Source: a virus
Lineage: Duplodnaviria > Heunggongvirae > Uroviricota > Caudoviricetes
Strand: one strand, 5' to 3'
Virus record (IMG/VR): IMGVR_UViG_2636415416_000003
Location: 1 to 3,918 of that record
DNA: 3,918 nt
The translations under genes were made by a program, and so were the position numbers. Position 1 is the first letter of the stretch. The number at the start of each line of letters is the position of its first letter. A model generated the notes under the pieces. The model had not been told where the DNA came from. It ran no database searches and saw only the letters and a list, made by a program, of their open reading frames with translations. Of this stretch, positions 1 through 3,918 are shown piece by piece.

Positions 1-361
1 CGGAGGTGATGTCCCTTGCTTCATTCAGCAGGCTCTGGCGCTGTTTTTCTGCCAGCCGCAAATAATCAACAGGAACAGGAAGAACTTCGCCGTTTTTATA
101 ATACCAGCAGGCTTCAATGCCAAAGCCTTCCGGCAGTTCATCCACTTCCACAATGGTAAAACCAACGGGATAAAGACGGGATACGTCTTCCGCCATCGAA
201 TAAATCACGCCGGTTTCAGGATGCGTGCACAGCTTGTATTTCTTCGTGAATTTATCCAGGGATTCATAAAAGTCCTGCCCGTCTTCACTGCGGAAATACT
301 GAATGCCTTCACCATAAGGCATACCTTCAGGGTAATAACGCGTAACATTTCTGAGTTCCAT
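1..361 (-). CDS. Tail fiber assembly protein (Tfa/gpU-like), N-terminal ~120 aa; 3' end lies beyond the window start
   Basis: Seen: ATG at 361..359 on the minus strand, open frame to position 1 with no stop (my own translation: MELRNVTRYYPEGMPYGEGIQYFRSEDGQDFYESLDKFTKKYKLCTHPETGVIYSMAEDVSRLYPVGFTIVEVDELPEGFGIEACWYYKNGEVLPVPVDYLRLAEKQRQSLLNEARDITS...). Strong SD AAGGAG at 368..373 (minus), 6 nt before the ATG and 14 nt after the tail fiber stop. Established knowledge: position directly after a tail fiber gene and the motif layout (PxGF-hydrophobic-VEV, then W..NG.., then a Q/E/K-rich helix) match tail fiber assembly chaperones of Mu, lambda and e14-type phages. Not listed in the ORF track because it is truncated by the edge. 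Confidence 0.72.
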   Translation of the reverse strand, partial: MELRNVTRYYPEGMPYGEGIQYFRSEDGQDFYESLDKFTKKYKLCTHPETGVIYSMAEDVSRLYPVGFTIVEVDELPEGFGIEACWYYKNGEVLPVPVDYLRLAEKQRQSLLNEARDITS

Positions 362-375
362 TATTTTCTCCTTAA

Positions 376-1473
376 TTAACCGGATACAGAGCGCCATGCG
401 CCATTGATATAAATCTGAGCCTGTTTGTAATACACACCACCGATATTGTCTGCTGTATTTTTTCCCGTATCCTGAACATAAATGCCTGACAACTGGCAGC
501 CAGAAGGTGCGCGAAACCTCCAGGTAATTGTGGTACTGCCCGGGTTGTAAAACACCTCATTGGTGTACTGGAAATTACGCACAGCGCCGGGCTCGGTGGT
601 GTTGATGGTGATATCGCGGGTGCCATCAAACAGCACATTGTTAATCCTGCGGGCAGTCTGGAGTCTGGTTGCTGAGACCGCATTACCGTTTGCGGGGAGT
701 GCCCCCACGTCCGATGCTGTTGGTTTGTTTCTGGTATTGTACTCACGTCGCCATCCGGGAGAGTAGGCGTCTCCGTGGTTGATGTAGGTGAACTGTGAGC
801 TTGTCGTGCCGTTCGTGGCCGTTGTTGGTGTGGTCACCCTGATGGTCATGGCTGATTTGACGCCCATTACCTCAACAACTGCACCGGCCAACTGAATATT
901 GCCGCAGCCGGTATCGGTGATGATTTTATTGCCCGCATAAGCCCAGGAGCCTTTGCACATCCAGTAAGAATGGTTAAATGCTCCCTGTGAATCCAGCCAG
1001 TCAATAAACTGCGCCGTCGTCCAGGCTCCACTGTCGCCACCAATACTTACAGAACCACTGAAAGCACGGCCTGCTCCGATGTCTTTAACAAAATCGCTGG
1101 CGCTGTTTTTTCCGAGAATACCGCGAACAAAAGCACTGAGCGGCGTTAATGCCATTGTGTCTTTGCCGGTAAAATAAGGGAATGTATTATTCTGACCGGT
1201 TAATCCGGCAATAGCTCCGGCTGAACCACTGTTCGTAATAAACAGTTTTTTCAGCGCTGTCATAATCTGGTCGGTTGTGTTTTTATCCGGTTTGATATTT
1301 GCCTGCCGGAGTATTTCCAGTAATTCAGACTGAATAATATTAAACCAGTCCGGCCCCGGATACGTGGGCGGAATACCGTTCCCGCCTTCGGTGAAATAAA
1401 GCGTTGTTTTGCTTAATTCAGCCGCGACAGGTGGCATTACCGGCACACCCGTCGGGTTATCCACATAAAACAT
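376..1473 (-). CDS. Phage tail fiber protein (P2 gpH / Mu S family), 365 aa
   Basis: Seen: 365-aa ORF in the track; SD GGAG at 1482..1485 (minus), 8 nt before the ATG at 1473..1471. Translation begins MFYVDNPTGVPVMPPV and has a PGPDWFNIIQSELLEIL N-terminal region, an internal FPYFTGKD motif and a C-terminal YINGAW. From memory, P2 gpH contains RFPYFTGND and ends with YINGTW-containing sequence, and Mu S has a similar N-terminus. Established: gene order J-I-fiber-Tfa. Confidence 0.85.
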   Translation of the reverse strand: MFYVDNPTGVPVMPPVAAELSKTTLYFTEGGNGIPPTYPGPDWFNIIQSELLEILRQANIKPDKNTTDQIMTALKKLFITNSGSAGAIAGLTGQNNTFPYFTGKDTMALTPLSAFVRGILGKNSASDFVKDIGAGRAFSGSVSIGGDSGAWTTAQFIDWLDSQGAFNHSYWMCKGSWAYAGNKIITDTGCGNIQLAGAVVEVMGVKSAMTIRVTTPTTATNGTTSSQFTYINHGDAYSPGWRREYNTRNKPTASDVGALPANGNAVSATRLQTARRINNVLFDGTRDITINTTEPGAVRNFQYTNEVFYNPGSTTITWRFRAPSGCQLSGIYVQDTGKNTADNIGGVYYKQAQIYINGAWRSVSG

Positions 1474-1476
1474 AAA

Positions 1477-2061
1477 TTATTCTCCGGTGTAATAATATTC
1501 ATATTCCGTGCCCGCCAGCCGGTAATGCTTCAGCAGGCATTCCAGCTCACGGGTGCGTTCGCTGATTAATGGTGTCATGACGCCATCAATACAGGTAAAC
1601 CGCCCGGCATCTTTACCCGGGACGTTCACTTTCAGCATCCAGCGATACCGCGCCGGATGCAGCGGATACATGCAGTCGCGCAGACAGTGGTGCGGCAGAA
1701 CGGCTGTCACCTTAATGGTGAAGCCCAGCGCCGCTGCTGCGGCTTCAGTCTGCCAGGTTGCCAGCCCGCCCCTGCGACGGTATTTCTCCACCACGGCACG
1801 GCGGCGGGCTTCCCTGGTGGTGGGGGCAATTCCGCATTCCGGCAGCGCCAGATACTGCTCCCACTCCGGCAGCAGCCGGAGCGTGGTTTCCGGTCGCATC
1901 TCCACATGCAGACGCGAGGCGTCGTATTCAGTGCGGTTTAAACGTTCTGCAAGCGCCCTTAAAAAGCGGTTTAAATCCGCGTCGTTATCACGCGGCCATG
2001 CCTTACCCCGTGGCATGACCTGTTGCAGTGCGGCCAGCCATTCCGTCACGCTGTGAGCCAT
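1477..2061 (-). CDS. ymfQ: Phage tail protein I-like (DUF2313; Mu gp48 / E. coli e14 YmfQ family), 194 aa
   Basis: Seen: 194-aa ORF; ATG at 2061..2059 preceded by GGAGG (2066..2070, minus); start overlaps the 3' end of the J-like gene by 16 nt; stop TAA lies 3 nt before the tail fiber ATG. Translation (MAHSVTEWLAALQQVMPRGKAWPRD ... LLPEWEQYLALPECG ... RRRGGLATWQ) matches what I recall of the DUF2313 family and of e14 YmfQ, which is also 194 aa. The symbol is given by family resemblance and is from memory; the gene need not be the K-12 orthologue. Confidence 0.85.
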   Translation of the reverse strand: MAHSVTEWLAALQQVMPRGKAWPRDNDADLNRFLRALAERLNRTEYDASRLHVEMRPETTLRLLPEWEQYLALPECGIAPTTREARRRAVVEKYRRRGGLATWQTEAAAAALGFTIKVTAVLPHHCLRDCMYPLHPARYRWMLKVNVPGKDAGRFTCIDGVMTPLISERTRELECLLKHYRLAGTEYEYYYTGE

Positions 2062-3122
2062 GTCACCTCCCCGATGGTGATAAGCTCATCCACATCACTG
2101 GTGGTGTCCTCCCCGATGTTAAGGAAGTAATCCGTGATGCCGGACGTCATACCGATGGCCGTGCGCAGCGAGGACACCGGCAGCGTCTGACCGGGTGCCA
2201 GTGTCTTCTGTAACGCGGTCAGGTTTGCCCGGACGGCGCTCCTGTTCGCCAGGCTGTCCGGTGTCAGACGGATGGATATGCTGACTTTCTTCAGCCTGAC
2301 CTGTACCGGCCAGACCTCAATGCCGCCCGGTTTACCCACCATCACGCCCGTGGCCGGGTGTTTGTGGCAGAACAGATACTGCTCCATTGTCTTCAGGTCT
2401 TCGCGGGTTGGCACGATGTTTTCCCGGTCATCATAAAGCCATGCCAGCCCGACCGTGCCGGGGCCGTGCCATGCATCCCACGCCCACGCGCGGCTGACGC
2501 CCGGCACTTCACGCGCCCATATCACGTAGTCATGCAACGCGCCGCCTGTCGGTGGATTGCGGCGCACATACAGCAGACGGTCCAGCAGCGCTGCGATGGA
2601 TTCAGTGTCTGCGCCACCGGTGATGCCACCTTCAGCCACCGCGCCTGTGCTGGCCGTTCCGGGCAGCGGGGACAGCAGGGTGAGTACGGCACCGGCAGCA
2701 AGATTGCCCTCCACACCGGCTTCTTCAGCCTGCACGATGACGGTGACCTCGCCGTCCTGCACCTCGCCGGACGTGAGTACCTGATACACCTGGTTCGTGT
2801 CGGACTGCATCCGGGTTTCTGCCGGAAGGGGGGACTGACTGGTGAAGGTCACCCGCCCGCTGGCAAAGGTGGCCTGCTTGCGGATAACGCCTTCATACTT
2901 TGCTGTTTTGATAATGGTTTCATCATCAGACGTGGTGGACGGGATTATCTGGTCCTTAATCCAGCTCTGATGGTCGTATAAATCCCGGACCTGACTGCTG
3001 AATGACACGTTCAGCGCCTGCTCAACACTGACAGGCGGCAGCTTTTGCAGGCCGAGTTCATACGCAATATCTTTTTCGCCGTCGGCAATCAGTTTGCCCA
3101 GCGTGGGGATTTCATACGGCAT
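2046..3122 (-). CDS. Baseplate assembly protein J-like (Mu gp47 / P2 gpJ family), 358 aa, apparently intact
   Basis: Seen: 358-aa ORF; ATG at 3122..3120 with SD GGGAGG at 3132..3137 (minus), 9 nt upstream. Translation contains glycine/alanine-rich segments (AEGGITGGADTESIAALLDRLLYVRRNPPTGGALHDYVIWAREVPGVSRAWAW) typical of baseplate J proteins. Established: it sits immediately upstream of the gpI-like gene, as in Mu (gp47-gp48-S-U) and e14 (jayE-ymfQ-stfP-tfaP). Confidence 0.85.
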   Translation of the reverse strand: MPYEIPTLGKLIADGEKDIAYELGLQKLPPVSVEQALNVSFSSQVRDLYDHQSWIKDQIIPSTTSDDETIIKTAKYEGVIRKQATFASGRVTFTSQSPLPAETRMQSDTNQVYQVLTSGEVQDGEVTVIVQAEEAGVEGNLAAGAVLTLLSPLPGTASTGAVAEGGITGGADTESIAALLDRLLYVRRNPPTGGALHDYVIWAREVPGVSRAWAWDAWHGPGTVGLAWLYDDRENIVPTREDLKTMEQYLFCHKHPATGVMVGKPGGIEVWPVQVRLKKVSISIRLTPDSLANRSAVRANLTALQKTLAPGQTLPVSSLRTAIGMTSGITDYFLNIGEDTTSDVDELITIGEVTWLTA

Positions 3123-3184
3123 TAATGGTGGCCTCCCATCGACGGGTGATTTCGATTCTGAGTGTGGTTTTGTCCGGGCGGGTT

Positions 3185-3532
3185 ATGCAAACAGCAACCA
3201 AACCATCAAACAAGGCCTCAAAAGCTAATGAGTTAATGAAAATAATGGATTCTCTAAGCGAACAAGAAAAAGAGATCGTGATCCATACGCTCAAACGAAA
3301 AGGTGTTGAAAAGTTGCTCGAATTTTGCAGCCAAGAAAACCAAGAGTTGATTAGTTTAACGGGTATTCGAAGATTAGCTGCTTTAAGCCTAAATAACCTG
3401 TCAGAACAAAAGGTTAGAGAGATTTTGGCGGGAAATGAAGCTGAGGCCGATCTCATCCAACTAACCAACAAGGCAGTTAGCATAGCTGTGCTTAACTTAC
3501 TTGGTCCATTTCTACAACTTCTGATAAGCTAG
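3185..3532 (+). CDS. Hypothetical small protein in AT-rich segment (115 aa from ATG 3185; 98 aa if the in-frame ATG at 3236 is used); no family recognised
   Basis: Seen: the plus-strand ORF 3125..3532 in the track; its first 20 codons lie in GC-rich sequence overlapping the J start on the other strand, so I place the start at the first ATG inside the AT-rich block (3185) or at 3236. Both have only weak SD-like sequences. Translation is K/E/Q/L-rich with a hydrophobic C-terminal stretch (AVSIAVLNLLGPFLQLLIS) and uses AT-rich codons (aga, cga, tta, cta, ata). The overlapping minus-strand ORF 3112..3483 is S/F/L-rich and looks like an antisense shadow. Coding status is inferred from composition only. 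Confidence 0.45.
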   Translation: MQTATKPSNKASKANELMKIMDSLSEQEKEIVIHTLKRKGVEKLLEFCSQENQELISLTGIRRLAALSLNNLSEQKVREILAGNEAEADLIQLTNKAVSIAVLNLLGPFLQLLIS

Positions 3533-3571
3533 TTTTAAAAGCCTTTAAAAGGTCAAAATAAACAAGACGCT

Positions 3572-3736
3572 TTATCTTGAATGTTTTATTGTTCTGAACA
3601 AACTAAACGGCCCTTGCCCATTTTATCTTGAATACAACTAGTAGCTAAGTTATTGAATCCAATCAAATCCCGTCTTTTTTAATCTCTTCCCGGTTATCTT
3701 GAATAAATTACCTAGTCATAGTCACTTAATCTTGAT
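3572..3736. repeat. Array of short direct repeats: exact 11-bp TTATCTTGAAT three times plus one degenerate copy
   Basis: Seen directly: TTATCTTGAAT at 3572..3582, 3623..3633 and 3694..3704 (the first two share 12 bp, TTTATCTTGAAT), and a variant TTAATCTTGAT at 3726..3736 sharing the ATCTTGA core. Start-to-start spacings are 51, 71 and about 32-33 bp, close to whole numbers of helical turns. All copies are in the same orientation, in AT-rich non-coding DNA downstream of the small ORF. Confidence 0.6.
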
Positions 3737-3820
3737 GTCGCGTTACTGGATATTAATGATGTTGGGGGGCTGGCTGATTTTGTGGTGGAGTGGATGCAAA
3801 ATCAGGACGGATAAGCAAGA

Positions 3821-3858
3821 GTAGGCTGGATCAGACGCAGCCAGCGTCGCATCCGACC
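3821..3858. repeat. REP-like (repetitive extragenic palindromic) element
   Basis: Seen: GTAGGCTGGATCAGACGCAGCCAGCGTCGCATCCGACC. Its reverse complement (GGTCGGATGCGACGCTGGCTGCGTCTGATCCAGCCTAC) closely resembles the enterobacterial REP consensus GCCTGATGCGACGCTGGCGCGTCTTATCAGGCCTAC, recalled from memory. The preceding CAGGACGGATAAG (3803..3815) may be a partial second unit. Confidence 0.6.
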
Positions 3859-3872
3859 TTTTTCTGCACCAG

Positions 3873-3903
3873 CGCAAAAAGGCCCAGTCTTCCGACCGGG
3901 CCT
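3873..3903 (-). terminator. Rho-independent terminator for a minus-strand transcript entering from the right
   Basis: Seen: on the minus strand GGCCCGGTC-GGAA-GACTGGGCC followed by TTTTTGCG, a 9-bp GC-rich stem (one G.U pair) with a GNRA-type tetraloop and a U5 tract. On the plus strand the stem is followed by the weaker T-rich TTCTGCTTAATTT, so some bidirectional activity is possible. Confidence 0.6.
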
Positions 3904-3918
3904 TCTGCTTAATTTGAT

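Noticed and set aside
376-700. Diversity-generating retroelement targeting the tail fiber C-terminus
   Set aside because: No template-repeat copy of the fiber 3' end is visible elsewhere in the window, and there is no reverse-transcriptase ORF.
372-3122. Overlapping ORFs from the track inside the tail genes: 372..746 (-), 560..766 (+), 1553..2056 (+), 1657..1941 (+), 1707..1907 (-), 1758..2018 (+), 2028..2213 (+), 2358..2981 (+), 2522..2716 (-), 2557..2784 (+)
   Set aside because: Each is fully embedded in, or antisense to, a well-supported tail gene with coupled starts and SD motifs. Their translations are R/A/P/S-rich, as expected for alternative frames of GC-rich coding DNA, and none has a convincing ribosome-binding site.
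3331-3356. Partial resemblance to a Hin/Gin-type crossover half-site (GAAAACCAAG) inside the small ORF; weaker AAACC/GGTTT fragments at 511..530 and 1276..1295 in the fiber gene
   Set aside because: None has the opposing half-site needed for the 26-bp dyad-symmetric gix/hix/pix architecture (AAACC-NN-GGTTT core), so they are most likely chance matches. No invertase gene is in the window.
3112-3483. 123-aa minus-strand ORF upstream of J, overlapping the plus-strand small ORF
   Set aside because: Apart from its last roughly 23 codons (GC-rich, treated above as a possible gene remnant), the translation is low-complexity and S/F/L/W-rich, typical of the antisense shadow of a K/E-rich gene. The plus-strand frame gives the more protein-like sequence. 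If relatives show conservation in this frame, the strand call for 3185..3532 should be reversed.
3572-3736. CRISPR array as an explanation for the direct repeats
   Set aside because: The repeats are only 11 bp, the spacing is irregular (51, 71, about 32 bp), there is no repeat dyad symmetry and no cas genes in the window. This fits protein-binding iterons or arm sites, not CRISPR.
3756-3824. 22-codon mini-ORF (MMLGGWLILWWSGCKIRTDKQE) spanning the boundary into the REP element
   Set aside because: It has no SD-like sequence, its second half is encoded by the REP-like palindrome, and the tandem ATGATG looks fortuitous. A small hydrophobic peptide cannot be excluded without Ribo-seq, but nothing in the sequence supports it.
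3740-3918. tRNA or tmRNA gene fragment as the integration target at the right junction
   Set aside because: There is no cloverleaf-like arrangement or T-loop motif (GGTTCGAATCC-type); the structured sequence here is better explained as a REP element plus an intrinsic terminator.

Overview
The window holds the distal end of a Mu/e14-type phage tail module on the minus strand, followed by a short AT-rich segment and then what looks like host chromosome. Reading the minus strand from high to low coordinates: a baseplate J-like protein (3122..2046), a gpI/DUF2313 YmfQ-like protein (2061..1477), a tail fiber of the P2 H / Mu S family (1473..376) and the N-terminal part of a tail fiber assembly protein (361..1, running off the window edge). 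The four genes are tightly packed, each with a Shine-Dalgarno motif, consistent with one operon. Upstream of J the usual baseplate genes are absent: after about 60 bp of GC-rich sequence, composition switches abruptly near 3185 to an AT-rich segment (about 3185-3760). That segment carries one plausible small plus-strand ORF with no family I can recognise, and an array of exact 11-bp direct repeats (TTATCTTGAAT). The right end (about 3800-3918) contains a REP-like palindromic element and a textbook intrinsic terminator on the minus strand, which suggests chromosomal backbone. I do not see a complete multi-gene defence or other novel system in this window; the candidates worth follow-up are the AT-rich orphan ORF and the repeat array. 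All family assignments are from reading the translations and recalled motifs, not from database searches.
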